DNA of 64,000 bases from Octopus sinensis (GCF_006345805.1 NC_043001.1:60760001-60824000), one strand, 5' to 3'; shown: positions 12,429 to 25,787, counted from the first letter of the stretch. Notes: generated by a model from the letters alone, not told the origin. Numbers and translations: made by a program.

Positions 12429-13212
12429 GATATATAAACAAATTACTGATTTACGGAATTCAATACCATATAATATTAAAACAATTAAACATAATAAGTA
12501 ATATATGTGTGTGTGCGTGTGCGCGTGTGTGCGTACGTGCGTGCGTGTGTGTGTGTGTGTGTGTGCGTGTGTAAAAGATATTGAATTAGATTCGTCCTTT
12601 AATTTAGAGGTTTCTAAAAAAGATTTCTAACATTGATTCTTCATATTTTGCTAGAAGTTTACATGCGTAAATGTGCGAATATCAAAATAATGCTTCTATA
12701 TAATGTGTTGGGAAATTATGGAAATATTAGTAAATGGGTTTTCAGAGACGTTCCCTCTATATATGAGTAAGGAGATTAGAAATTTTAACACCCATATAAC
12801 GTCTCTGAAACCTCTTTTACTTATATTTTCAAATAACCGTTATAGACTTTATGGTTAATACCTAACTGGACTCACATGTCTTTTTCTTATAAGGATAAAT
12901 ATGAATCTCTTAGATTCTATTCTGCTATTTCCTTTCTCAAGTCCTTTGTAAAAAAAATTTGTTTTCACTTCTTGAACTGATGAGTACAGTGATATATAAT
13001 TAATTTAATTAATTCAATTCAACCATGAATTTGCATCATTTTTATATCTCTGTACGAAACGATCGACTGCAGGAATTAAAATTTTCTTATATATTTTTAC
13101 ATCTCTTCTCCATTTTAAACAAAATTGTTGCGTTTTATGGGCTTTCTTTCCATAAATTCACAATACATCATATATATATAATCAAAATAAGCAACAGGGA
13201 TATCCAAGGTAG

Positions 13213-13300
13213 TGTTGTACAATCGTTTCATGCTACTTCATTTTATTAAATACAGTATGTATTACATCAGAATTAAAATGTCGAGCAATCTTCAGCCACA
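13213..13300 (-). ncRNA. Type I hammerhead ribozyme within a ~400 bp repeat (13185-13590) also present inverted at 24140-24490
   Basis: Minus strand: tgtgg CTGAAGA ttgct...agcat GAAA cgattg TA caaca. Confidence 0.75.
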
Positions 13301-13882
13301 TACAGATTTTTTGATTAAGCAGACAATGCACATTTTTATACTTATTTCATTTGTCAACATTACAAAGAGGGTAGATATGTAGACAGGGGGGTGAATTTCA
13401 TCATTAACAACATGGTGGTAGTATGTTCTCCATCTGTAGATTTTATTATCACTGAGTTCACTTTGTTATTTAGATCTATCAGTGGGGAGGGGGATTCTAT
13501 TCTTGGTTCAATGGAGACAAACAAGAATTTTTTCTATTTATAGATAGAGGAAGGGGTAGTACGAATGTCAAAGCCATAAATCCATTTTCATTTTGAGGAA
13601 TTTAACTTAGACATAGTCGGCTGAAGTTAGTGGGGTAGGGAGAATAGAGATTACTAAGGCTCTAAAAGTTTTCAATGTTCCTTACCATTTAACGGACATA
13701 ATTCTGCTTGTGAATTTTAAACATCCAATATCCAATAAATTTTAGTATCTTATATAGGGATAGAAATTACTAAGGATATAAGTAATAAGGAGGATATTTA
13801 TTTACACATACGTACACAGATAAATACATATATATAGAGAAAGATGTATATATATACATACATACCTATGTATATATACATA

Positions 13883-13940
<58 letters not shown>

Positions 13941-13944
<4 letters not shown>

Positions 13945-14263
13945 AAACTAAGGTTATAGAACAAACAAATGCAAGGTCATCCCCATAACATTTCATAACT
14001 CGAACATTTAATCATAGAATATACATTTAAACATCACGGAAGATGGAACATAACTCATCTGTACAAGCATATAAGAAAATGCAAGAAAAAATGTGTGAAT
14101 ACAGTTCATCACGGTTAAAAGTTAATACTTTAGCGATTAAGAAAAATATTTTTTAAAAAAACATTACAACACCTAGAAGGTAAATACGTAAGAATATAGT
14201 ATAAAGTAATATATAAATATATAGGTATATAAAAATATATAAATATATATATTATATATTTAT

Positions 14264-14322
<59 letters not shown>

Positions 14323-14537
14323 TATATAGGAAGCATATTAAAAATATATAATATATATAATGTAAAATAAAATAAAAGTTCATCGTTTAGAAAATCTTAT
14401 AAAAAATTACTTTACAAGTAAGAGAGGCCTATAGTTAAAAAAGAAGAAACCATATTTGCATTCCCTATGGCCATTTCAGGGGTATATTATTGTGGATGAC
14501 CTTGCATTTGTTTGTTCTATAACCTTAGTTTGATATA
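13941..14537 (-). mobile_element. Penelope pLTR-like unit with a short inverted end; only the 3' half of a hammerhead remains
   Basis: atcaaactaaggttatagaacaaacaaatgcaaggtcatcc is mirrored at 14494-14537. Minus strand cccct GAAA tggcca TA ggg at ~14463-14483 lies close to the inversion junction. Confidence 0.6.
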
Positions 14538-14623
14538 TTTGTCTCTTTCAATTGAGCACTTCCTTAGCAGTCCTATTAAACATTTTGTTCCTGATAAGAA
14601 ACAATCACTGTATTATTGATATA

Positions 14624-14669
<46 letters not shown>

Positions 14670-15233
14670 GTACGTACACACACACACATACACACATACA
14701 CACACACATATATATATATATGCATATAGACATATGTGTGTATGCATGCTTGCATGTATACATGTATTTTATGTTATCCGCAGTATCACCAGCAACAACG
14801 TGCCAAAGTAACAGCTTTAAGCTGAAGAACTTGCGGATAACATTGCTTTTAACATTTTGCCAAATCGTTTAAAGAATTATGAATAATAGATTTTGGCTGC
14901 ATCATTGATGATCATCTCATGCTCTGCTACATTAATAATAACATTCCACTCTTATCATATTTCCAAATATTCTCAAAGCGCCATATAATATAGTTTCAGG
15001 GTAATTTGATAATGTCAATATAACTAAACGTAAATCAACACGTTACTTGTTGGTTATAATTTCAACCTTTCTGCTCTTTTATGAATCATAGTAAGAGTGG
15101 CAGATATTGAGAGATTCTACCCAAGGTATAAATTAGTATCGTATACCGCAAATAATTCATTACGTTTAATGGAAAATATATATTAAATCAATCAAATAAG
15201 GAGGATTCACCACACATTCTAAGAATGCATTTA

Positions 15234-15451
15234 TGCGGTGAGATGGCAAAAATCTAGCACGCCGGGCGAAATGCTTAGCGACATTTCGTCTGCCGTTACG
15301 TTCTGAGTTCAAATTCCGCCGAGGTCGACTTTCCCTTTCATCCTTTCATAAGCACCAGTTATGAACTGGAATAGATATAATCGACTTAATCCGTTTGTCT
15401 GTCCTTGTTTGTCCGCTCTATGTGTAGCCCCCTGTGGGTAATAAAGAAATA
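15234..15451 (+). mobile_element. tRNA-derived SINE (same family as 11.8 kb)
   Basis: Same head, B-box gagttcaaattccgccgagg and tail tgtgggtaataaagaaata. Confidence 0.85.
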
Positions 15452-15619
15452 CAACCATTTATTGTTCTTAAAATATAAGCGTCGTTAGTGGTTGTGTATT
15501 CCAGGAATTCGCTATGCATTCATACATACACACACACACACATGTGTATATATAAAGGCGTTGCTCCAGAATTGCCGCAGTCAAATGACTGAAACCAACA
15601 AAGTGAGTACTCCATCTAA

Positions 15620-16090
15620 TGAGAGTCCAATATTGATGTACGCATTTCACTCTACATGCATTGTTGTTTGTTGCATCTCGAGCCATACCAGGCTCCTAAG
15701 GGCCGGTTTCACAGGCCTACGCAAAGTTGCAGAAGGTGTATGGAGAGAAGCGTACGAGTTTACGAATGCTTCAGACGTATCGAAGATGGTAAAAAATGTA
15801 GATATTTACGAGCATTCAGGGAGACTCGCAAATTACAGAACTGAGAAAAACATCGCAGATATACAGGAGGTGCAAGGGGAAAACTTCGAATTACCATTCG
15901 TGAGTTATCGGTGTATGTGAAGATTAGTTACGGTTCAGTTCTGTCCATATCAGTATGGGTATGAGATGCGTGTCTGCTAAGTTTGTGCCAAATCTGCTTT
16001 CACCTGGCCAGAAGCACACGTGGGTTTCAGTTGTACAAGATCTCTTTCATTGTGTTGAGAGCGATGAACATTTTTGAAAATTGTGTGTAG
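15620..16090 (+). mobile_element. Mariner transposase N-terminal relic
   Basis: Frame-hopping peptides YAKLQKVYG, EHSGRLANYRTEKNIADIQEV and GMRCVSAKFVPNLLS (WVPHEL-equivalent region). Confidence 0.7.
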
Positions 16091-16403
16091 TTCTCTGAGC
16101 AGGTATTTTGGCAAAATTTGACGCAGTTTCTGTGCTCGAATTTCTCTGTCATGATTAATGTGATGATCACACGCTACGCACCTTCCTTTCAAGCACTGTT
16201 GTAAACAGAGGAAGTGAGCTAGAATTTTAAAACTTAGTGCGCATGCAAAGCAGAGTTAAATATCAATATGTGCCAAGCAGCTTCACTCTGCTTACTTTTA
16301 CTGTTACTAAGGCAAAAGTCTCGATACTTATTGATCTGACCACGTATATATATATATATGTCTGTGTGTGTGTGTGTGTGTATGTATGTGTATATATATA
16401 TAT

Positions 16404-16953
16404 TATGTCAGGTCACTTTCGAGTGCTACTGGTAACATGTAACCCAGTACAACCTATTGCATGGTCGGGTCGTCGGCGACTAAACCGGCATCCCCACCAA
16501 GCTTGCTTGGTGAGGAGGGTGTTTATTGGACACCCTGCGGGATGGAAAACAAAACCTGTCAAAGGGCGGAGGAACTCTTGAGAGTCAACGGTCATCCAAT
16601 AAATGTCTTAAGGCTGAATCATGCACGGGGATATAGAAGTAATCGGGCTGAATACCCGATCGCGCGGTTAAACCATTGGGAGTGAAGGACTTCTAGCCTT
16701 TGTTAGGGCATCCTTCTAGGGGAAGGTAACTCAGGTAGCTGGGATAACTCCGACATAAAACCTGCGGCTCAGTTGTTACCGATGATGTTGACTTGGACTT
16801 CTTTTCGGATTATGGCTGCTTAGTGAGTGGGATTGACTTAGTGCACAGCCTTTCCTCACTTTAAAAATAAGCTTCTTGCACAGGCATTGCACGATAACAA
16901 CATTGATTAAGCTTCATGCAATGGCTATACTAGATAACGAGGGGGCAGCCACC
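16404..16953 (+). mobile_element. GC-rich structured non-coding insert resembling an RTE-type non-LTR 5' UTR or derived SINE
   Basis: Sharp GC rise between TA runs, several hairpins (caccaagc/gcttggtg, atcggg/cccgat, gggtgttt/ggacaccc) and a pseudoknot-like block at 16680-16732. Family call is from recall only. Confidence 0.5.
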
Positions 16954-17059
16954 ATATATATATATATATATAATCATATAATCACCTGATGATATAATCA
17001 ACCAAATTATTGAACGGTGTGATATATATCACTGGTTACTATGTGATTTGCATCAATCA

Positions 17060-17290
17060 TGCTTTGGAATGCTCTCACCCCGCTAGCTAAGTGAGTAGGC
17101 TAACATTCACTTTTATCCAAAGGATACTCTGTCGAAGTGTTACCTAATTACAGATAAGTGGACTGGAGCAATGTGAAATGAAGCATTTTGCTCAAGAAAA
17201 CAACGCACCGCTTGCTCTGCGTATCGAATCAAGGATCTTGAGATCGTGAGTGCAACACCCTAACCTCTAGTCTACGCATATTCACACACA
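17060..17290 (-). mobile_element. SINE relic
   Basis: gtggactggagcaatgtgaaatgaagcattttgctcaaga core, followed by a reverse tRNA-like head (atcgaatc...gtgagtgcaacaccctaac). Confidence 0.6.
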
Positions 17291-18477
17291 GTCAGCGATA
17301 CACAGATAAGGTAATGTTTATATACAACTTAACGGGGGTGCCTTGTTAGAATACTGAATACTACGTTATTAGTCTTTAAATATTATCTCATGTACACACA
17401 CAAGCAGTTCCATGGATCGTAGCAGACAAGATTCGTCTGTCATGAGTGTCGGAATTTCTATTTGATGTGATTTCATTCTATTGAAACTCACGAGGAAAAG
17501 GCACCCCATAACTGCATGTCAGTTAAAACTTACTATTACAGTCTCAAACAAGACACCAACGTTAAGTAACTGTAATGAATATACAACTTTAGTTTATCAG
17601 TTTAGTACTCATTACAAGTAGACAAGATAAGTTCATGTATTATAAGCATTGAATAATTTTTCGATCGGTACGAGAAATGAAACACTTCCTATTGTTCTGA
17701 ATTCAAATATAGACGTTAATAGGAGTGATGGTATATTTTAATACAATAAAATCAGCTATTTAAAAATATATGAATGTATATATATTTGGTTTAAATTTAT
17801 AGAAACACATTCGATTTATATTCTTTGACATATTCATCCAATTATTGTTTCCCATATCATTGGTAATATATATTTTATAAATCTCAAAATTTTCAAAATA
17901 AAAAAGAATTCTAAAGTAGTATGCAGACAATAATAAATTCACCTATAATTCTAGAAATTCTAAATAAACAATATTCATTTGAAAATCTTTTTGCAACAAC
18001 TCAAAGATGTCATTTTTTTTATGTATTTCTCCATCAGATATCGACTAGCTAATGGAATTGGAACGATATTTGGAGTTGTTTACCAGGAGGAACAAAATAA
18101 TTGGAAGGATATTACAGAAAAATTAACTTAATCAACTTAAAATGATTATATTTTGCTCGAGGCTGAATCAAATGGATAAAAGGAAATTGAAATCTAAAAT
18201 AAAATATAGTTTTGTATCGTATTGTGCAACATACAGACGATATTCATGTAAATAGATACTATGTCTAACTGTATATGTATAGACTTAAAAGATAAGTGAG
18301 TATTATAGAAGGAGAAAAGGAGAGTTTATTGAAGTTTCGGGTTCATTGATGTATTCGACTAAATTTCGTTTCCTCTTTCAGCTTCTATGTTTTCCTGATT
18401 TTATCCCTAATATATCTGTTTCGTCTGTACAAGATATTTTAATTAGATACCACTGCATGTAAATAAGCGGCATATTT

Positions 18478-18542
18478 ATACATACATACGTACGTACGTA
18501 CCTACCTACCTACCTACATACATACATACATACATACATACA

Positions 18543-18574
<32 letters not shown>

Positions 18575-18665
18575 CCTACCTACATACAAACATACATACA
18601 TACATACATACATACATACATACATACATACATACATACATACATACATACATACATACATACAT
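18478..18665. repeat. (ATAC)n/(CTAC)n microsatellite
   Basis: Direct reading. Confidence 0.95.
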
Positions 18666-20818
18666 GCATATTTATATATAAACACAAATATGTGAGTGCG
18701 TGTCTGTAAGAGATTGCTCGAAGAAAATTAATCAACAAAATCTAATCATACACGTTAAAATAAATATATATATTTTACATACTTCTTACTTCTAGATAAG
18801 AATACTTGATCATAATAAATATGTGAGATCCTGCTTACCGATGATCAGAGTTTGTGTGCTGAAATTCCTGGAAAATCATGAACTGCACGTGACTCATAAT
18901 CACGCGATGAAAATAATTTAACATGGCTGAAAACAGTAAAGTTTCTTTCTCCAATTCAAGGTATCAGAATGGCACTGCCGAAATAATTTGACTGAATTCG
19001 GATTATAATGCCCACCAGCCAATGCAAGCGCAAAAGCATTCTATTAATCACTTGATATCAAATAAGCAGTCCTTTCATCACCAAAACAGGATTTGGTGAC
19101 ACTTGAAAGAGGTTCTAATGATGGAGTACTCTGGCGTGTTGTAGGAGGAAACTTCGCAGATTTTTAAAGAAGCTACTCTGCTCTCAGTATAAGTCAATGA
19201 AGAAGACGGTTACAGCTGAAACAACACTTTTCCTAGCTCTACACCAGATTTCATCGAAACCAATATGTCGATGTTATGAAGACTTAGAAGAGCAACACTT
19301 TTTGTCATTTGAGTTGGGAACAAAAGAACAGTACCCTGACCTTAAACAAATGCAACTAATTGATAGACTACTAAATTCTGCCTATATCACTCTAAGCTAT
19401 AAGAACAGGTGGAGTTTAAAAGAAAACTGCTAGAATGTTGTTACCAATATTCGACACCGTGAAATGATCAACGAATTTACTTTAGCTAATGAATAGATAT
19501 GGCTAATAGTATAACATTTAGAAAAGAAACTAAGTATCGCAGGGTTATCCATTATATGGAAAGGTGTTCTGTTTCTGTAACAGGAGAACGTTTTAATTAT
19601 TACTCCGTGTACCAGTAGACTAAGGAGGTATTTGAAGACGACACAGAGATTTAGTGGGCAGTATCTAAACGTATAAGCAATGTCCATTTCTATTAAGCTA
19701 TGTCGATTTGTATTAAGGTATATCAATTTCTCAAGTTGACGCTTGCATTAGTGTTCGCATCATTGGTGACTTTTAGCATGAAGCAAGCCAATTCCCAAGT
19801 TTCACTTCCTACAATATGTCTTTACAGCAACTATCTTTGGGAATCTACCATGCAACGTCTTCTGTCATTGATATAATTTCTATTTTTTTCTGATTTTTGA
19901 GTTCGTGTGTGTTTTTGGTCTCCCTGTCTTGCTGTGACTCTCGCATCTTTTAATAAATGTTCTTCTCTATTACCTACCTAGGATTCTATATTCATTCTAG
20001 CTAATTCCACGTAGTTTTATACTAATATTAATCCTCTTCCGACTCCCTTACTACTCCTGCCCATATAGTATAATCATGCTACTCTTGCCCCTGGGTAGAG
20101 ATCCACTGCCGAGCGAGAGGCCTTCCCTTAAAAGGGAAGGTAACGTTCGTGACCCTCGTCATCACTATTTTTTCGACATCTGAAAATTTCAAGTAACTAA
20201 ATACTTCATCATTTGTTGCACCTTTCTGTTGGTGGGGTGGTGTGTGCTGCATTTTAGTGAGTGAGTGGAGATATTGTATTGTATCAGTACATTATGTTAT
20301 GAGGTCTTACTTGAGTTTTCTGTTCTATTAATTTATATATTGCATGTTGTTTGTGTAGCGCAGGTTGTGTTCTTCTGTCGAGTATCTACCTTCTATGACA
20401 AATGTTATGGGTTTTGTTAATTTTGCTGGATATTTACACAATGAGTTTATTCTTGTACGTTTTTGGTGGACTGTAACGTTGTAGTGTGTATGTGTGCAAC
20501 TCCTAAATCAAATATTTTTGACATTATTATAACTTTCATTATCATTTTCTTTCAATTCTGTTTCCTTTTTTTACCGAGATTTGACATTACTATAACTTTC
20601 ATTATCATCTTCTTTCAATTTTGTTTCCTTTTGTTACCGAGTGCCCTCCAGACACCAAAGGCAGAGAAACGTACTGTGTACATTTGTAGGCCATTAAAAT
20701 AATCACAGTAGATTGTTCATTAACAAAGTCATGCGATAGAAAAGGGGCGAGAAAGACAGATTATAGAAGTAAGCAAAGAAAATAAAGGCAACGCCGGATC
20801 ATAGTGCTAGTGCATATA

Positions 20819-20852
<34 letters not shown>

Positions 20853-20860
20853 CATATATA

Positions 20861-21563
20861 TATATCAATAATAAAGGGTGATATTAATTAATTTAGAAAT
20901 AATCATTAATTTCACCAAGTAGGGTTCGGCATGTAAAAGACCCATTCAAGGAAGGTTTACGTAATACTAAGTAATTAATGGTTTAGCAACGATTTGCCTC
21001 ACCACACACCGAATTTAGAATTAGCAGTTAAAAAGTTTTCTACTTAAAAGGAGAGATCCCAGTAAAACCAAAGCACTTAAAAACCAATCGACGCAGGTAA
21101 AAGAGAAAGAAATGACTAAAATCATTCTATATTAAGTTACCTACGGACGTACGTTTCGGAGTTAGGTCATTGCAGAGCATAAAAATTAAATAATTATGTC
21201 TTACCTGACTATTTTCCCCCTCAGCGTAGGATACTTCAATTATAAATAATTGCATCTCAATTATTAATAATTGTGTATTAAATTTGAAGGCACTAGAAGA
21301 CATCACCTCAACTCATGGTATCAGAGCGAGCGTAAGCCTTACCAGTACCACGAAATTCAAAGGGTGAATGAAAGTAAGTCACCGTCCCCCTTCCGCCAGC
21401 GTGTTGCCAAAATAAGATGCTACAGTTTTTTTACTGGGATGAAATACAATTATCAATAATAAAGGGTGAAATTAATTAATTTAGAAATAAGCATTAATTT
21501 CACCAAGTAGAGTTCGACATGTAAAAGACCCATTCAAGGAAGGTTTAAGTAATACTAAGTAAA
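20861..21563 (-). mobile_element. pLTR/retrozyme-like unit (~590 bp plus a ~110 bp partial direct repeat) next to (TA)n
   Basis: tatcaataataaagggtga...gtaatactaagtaa occurs at 20861-20974 and 21451-21562; the unit contains a hammerhead at 21140-21230. Confidence 0.75.
21140..21230 (-). ncRNA. Type I hammerhead ribozyme (A9 read as G)
   Basis: Minus strand: cctacg CTGAGGG gga...tcc GAAA cgtacg TC cgtagg. Perfect 6 bp stem I, palindromic stem III, GUC site. Confidence 0.75.
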
Positions 21564-22328
21564 TAGTTGTATGAACTGTAAATAAGCAATAAATATGATT
21601 TGTAAAATAAGTATAAGTAACACATGGTGTCCCAAATTGAATGTGGTGTGGAAGTTTGGTTTCATTTTTTAAAGAATTGTAAGCATTCAAAGTATGCGTT
21701 CATTATATTGGGACACACTTACTAAATACGTTTTGGAATCAAAATTTATGTACGGTGATCGAAAAATTTTAACTGCAGAATTAAAATGCAGAATTATCGG
21801 AGTTATTGACATTGAAATTGTACATGGATCAAGAAAGTGCAATAATAATGTTTGGCAGTTGGAAACTGAGAGTAATGAAATGTGGAGTTAGGTCTGCTGA
21901 TCGTAAGAATCGAATATTAATCGCATCACTAAAAACTAACAACTGTACATGCAGGTGCTATGGGTTATTTATCTTTGGTGTTAAAAAAATTTATTATATG
22001 GGGTAGATATAATGATCCCTTCCATGGGCCGTATTATTGATTTTTTTCAACAATCTAAGTCAGTCACGAGGTTTACAGACATGAGTTCTAATCACGTGTT
22101 AATCTTAATCAAAATCAATAAAACGATGTAGGAGGAGTTAGCTAACAACGACACAAACACACACCGATTTTTCACACACACACACACCACACACATATAT
22201 ATATATATATATATATAAGACTTGTTAAAGACTTGTTTTATTTATATTTCCTGAGCGCCATACTAATACAATTGTTCGTTTGTTTTCCACGTGCCTTCGT
22301 CTTTTGTTTATTTTCATAAAGCTTCCCG

Positions 22329-22403
<75 letters not shown>

Positions 22404-22965
22404 ATATACACTAATGTTTACAAAGTTGAACTATTGAATTTGGGGATTTTTTAAATTTGTTTTTGAATTTTTGAATTTTCCTTTTCTTTTTACATGTTTT
22501 GCTCTGTTTACAGTTATCGTAATTGTGTAGTTTAGTAAATATTGGCAGGTGCTTATCTCATTAGCTTTATCGTGCGCTGAATTTGTTACAATAAAAAGTA
22601 TGTTTACATATTTGAGTATTTAGGGAGAAAAGAAGAGTAAACTTTTCAGAGAAATTTGTAGATATTAAAGTTTTAGATTTTCTAAAGATTATCGTTTGTA
22701 TGTCTAGCCAGGAAAGCTGTAGTGTTTCTGAAATAAAATAAAGGATGTTTATATTCTCTAATATTCAGGGAGAAAGGAAACGCAAGAAAAGGAAAGAAGA
22801 CTTTTCATAGAATATTGTAGATATTAAAGTTTTAAAAGTTTCTCAAGATGATCGTTTGTATATCTGATAGAAAAAACTGTAGCGTTCTTGAAATAAATAA
22901 GATGTTGTTTACATTTTCGTATTCTCAGAAAGAAAGGAAACGAAGGAAAAGATGTGTAATTTTTT

Positions 22966-23044
<79 letters not shown>

Positions 23045-23049
23045 TCCAG

Positions 23050-23180
23050 TTCCACCATGTTCGACTTTTCCTTTCATCCTTTCGGGGACGATAAATCAAC
23101 TACCAGCTGAGTACTGGGGTCGATGTGATCGACTGTCTCTCTCCGCACAAATTCCAGGCCATTTACCTATAAGCAAAAGG
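23050..23180 (+). mobile_element. SINE fragment after (ATT)n
   Basis: tcgacttttcctttcatcctttcggggacgataaa...tactggggtcgatgtgatcgact matches the 11.8 kb SINE body. Confidence 0.7.
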
Positions 23181-24377
23181 CCTGGAATTTTCTGGGTTTT
23201 CTCTTTATTTAAACTAAATGTACCTGGTATTTTATAATACTTTCCAAAAACCACCGAAACAATTTTTTATTTCAAAGTATTTCATCTCCCATGCTCTTCA
23301 TTGGAGACGAACCACTTCAACACTTCATTGCAATTTTCTACAATACCACGGAATACTTGACAGAGTCTATATTGGATTCTATGTCCGCATCACGAATCAT
23401 ACAGCGATTTCTCTTTAGCCATCAGTGGACGAAGCATAATTTAAATACTGTCTTTCGAAGAAAAATCGTCCCACTACTAAGCTGCCATTTTTACATTATA
23501 GATATGGTTTTATTTTATGACTGAACAGCCATCTTGTAACGTCCAAAGATCAGATTTTTACGACTCGAGGTCCAACGATCAGTTCTTTGCCTATAGTACA
23601 AATGATTATTATTATTGTTTTTTGTATTGTTGTCGCTGCGATGCCACGTCTTTCTTTAAATATACCATTCTATATTTAATTAGATATAATTAATTAAAGA
23701 GTATACATAGGTTTCGAAAATATGATGAATATGATTAGCTGTTACGAACTTAGTGGGACGTTGTGTTTTAGCGTTCTATAATATCCAGTGATCATTTTTT
23801 CATTCGGAAAACGGCTTAACATAAAAGATTCGTCTGGACAGCTATCTTGATGAAAAAGCTGGAAGTTTGTGCTGAATGCCCTCCAACAACCCATTTCTTC
23901 ATGGGTAATGAATAGCATATCAAAAACAAATGTAAATACACGCATCACACAAACGTGTTATCTCACCATTTAAAAGCATATCAAGTTAGTAAATATTATG
24001 TCTTACATATTCTTTTAATTCAACTCACTAATAAAATCAATCACTATTTACTAGTTAATTATGATTATATATTAATAGAAATGGATATATATATATATAT
24101 AAATATGAAATGTACTACTCCTTCCTCTATTTATAAATAGAAAAAAATGCTTGTTTGTCTCCATTCAACCAAGAATAAAAGAAAACCCTCCCCACTGATA
24201 GATCTAAATAACAAAGTGAACTCAATGATAAAATCTACAGATGGAGAAGAACATACTACCATCATGTTCTTAATGATGAAATTAACCTCTATGTCTATAT
24301 ATCTACCCTCTTTGTAATGTTGGCAAATGAAATAGAAATAAGAAGTACATTGTCCGTTTAATTGGAAAATTCTATAT

Positions 24378-24452
24378 GTGGCTGAAGATTGCTCGACATT
24401 TTAAAACATACAGTGTTTAATAAAATGAAGTAGCATGAAACAATTGTACTAC
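24378..24452 (+). ncRNA. Type I hammerhead ribozyme
   Basis: gtgg CTGAAGA ttgct...agcat GAAA caattg TA ctac. Palindromic stem III CAAUUG, GUA site. Confidence 0.78.
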
Positions 24453-24599
24453 TCTACCTTGGATATCCTTGCTGCTTATTTTCATTATAATCACCCTATT
24501 TGATTTATATGGATAATACCATACAAAATTCTGGTGCCTTTAACTTAAGTACCGTATTCATCTGAATCTAAATTTTGCTGAACTTATATATATATACAT

Positions 24600-25645
24600 T
24601 ATAATGGAATTGCTAATAGAAAACTCTTCGTCCACTACCAATCAGCCTTGCCCTCAAGAGCCAAAGCTGCATACGTGAGAAACGAGGTTGCACGTATAAA
24701 CAACAATTGCAGCAACGTGATCGACAAAGACGTCAACACCAAACAGTTCTTCAGAGACATAACCCTGAACAGCTACCCGTCATCTTTAGCTAAACAACGG
24801 CGACTGATGAACATCAGGGTCAATAAATCCCAGAAGAACCATCATACTCCGGTACGTGCTTCCTAAAGCTACCACACTTTAGCGATAGAACTACAATACG
24901 CTGTCCTTAGGGAAGGACTCCACTTAAAGATAGTGCACATGGCCCCTTCCATGAGAAAATCTCTGTCCAAGAACAACACCTCACGATACTCCGAAGAGTG
25001 TACATTGTCTACACTATCAATGATCCTGAATTGTACCGGAGGACATATGGACATATGGTTGTGGATAAAGAAGACTGTGGGAACAAATTTGGCAATTTTT
25101 GGCAAAATATGTACCCTTTTACCAAGTTATAACAAAAAGTTAGTGAAATATTTAAAATGTTTACAGTTGGATAGATAGACAAATATAACAAAATAATTTG
25201 ATAAAAAATGTGAATTTTTAATTATTTTCTGAGATTTTACAAAAACAACAAAAATATTTTTTAATTTGAGATATATGAGATAATCTGTGGCAAATGTGGC
25301 GCATCCTACATCAAAAGCACGACATAAAAACTGCACTAAGGAACACATGCAGGTAGACACTTCCGTGAAGAAACATCTGCAGAATTGCCAGAGCCGGGAA
25401 TTCACAGTGCTCATCGAGGCAACACAGTGGAACAGTGGTGACCTTAAAATCTCTGAGGCCATTCTCCTACAACAAAAGAAACCTATGATGAACAATGGAA
25501 GAAAGTTACAAGAAGCTAGCTGGTTACAATAGCAACCCTCTTCTGCGCATATCCACTCCACAGACGCTCTCACATACGCACATCGACAACATTCGTCAAT
25601 TTTTTTAAAATGGCGTCATAACCCCGAAATAGTGTATCCAAGGTA
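24600..25645 (+). pseudogene. Penelope-like element relic: RT thumb, linker and GIY-YIG endonuclease, interrupted by an insertion
   Basis: Peptides KLFVHYQSALPSRAKAAYVRNEVARINNNCS, then KKTV | IYEIICGKCGASYIKST (GIY-YIG, split by an AT-rich insert at ~25080-25268), then LKISEAILLQQKKPMMN. Confidence 0.8.
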
Positions 25646-25787
25646 AGTCTACATTAATTCATATATTTGCTTTTTTGTGCTTTACCTTGCATTTACTTCG
25701 CATTGTTTTGGCCTTACCCACGATCATTTATACTGTATATATATACATATATACACACATATATATGAACATATATATATGTATATG

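Noticed and set aside
12977-13000. CTGATGAGTAC as a hammerhead
   Set aside because: No GAAA or supporting stems follow.
18838-18875. CCGATGA...GAAA as a hammerhead
   Set aside because: Stem II overlaps the GAAA and there is no stem I or UH site.
20100-20165. Strong hairpin ccttccct/agggaagg flanked by CTGCCGA and GTGAccctcGTC
   Set aside because: It may be a dead hammerhead, but both core segments are mutated and stem I is unclear, so it was not counted.
21590-22190. Helitron helicase fragment
   Set aside because: Peptide resemblance is too weak; only the 3' end loosely resembles a HINE terminus.
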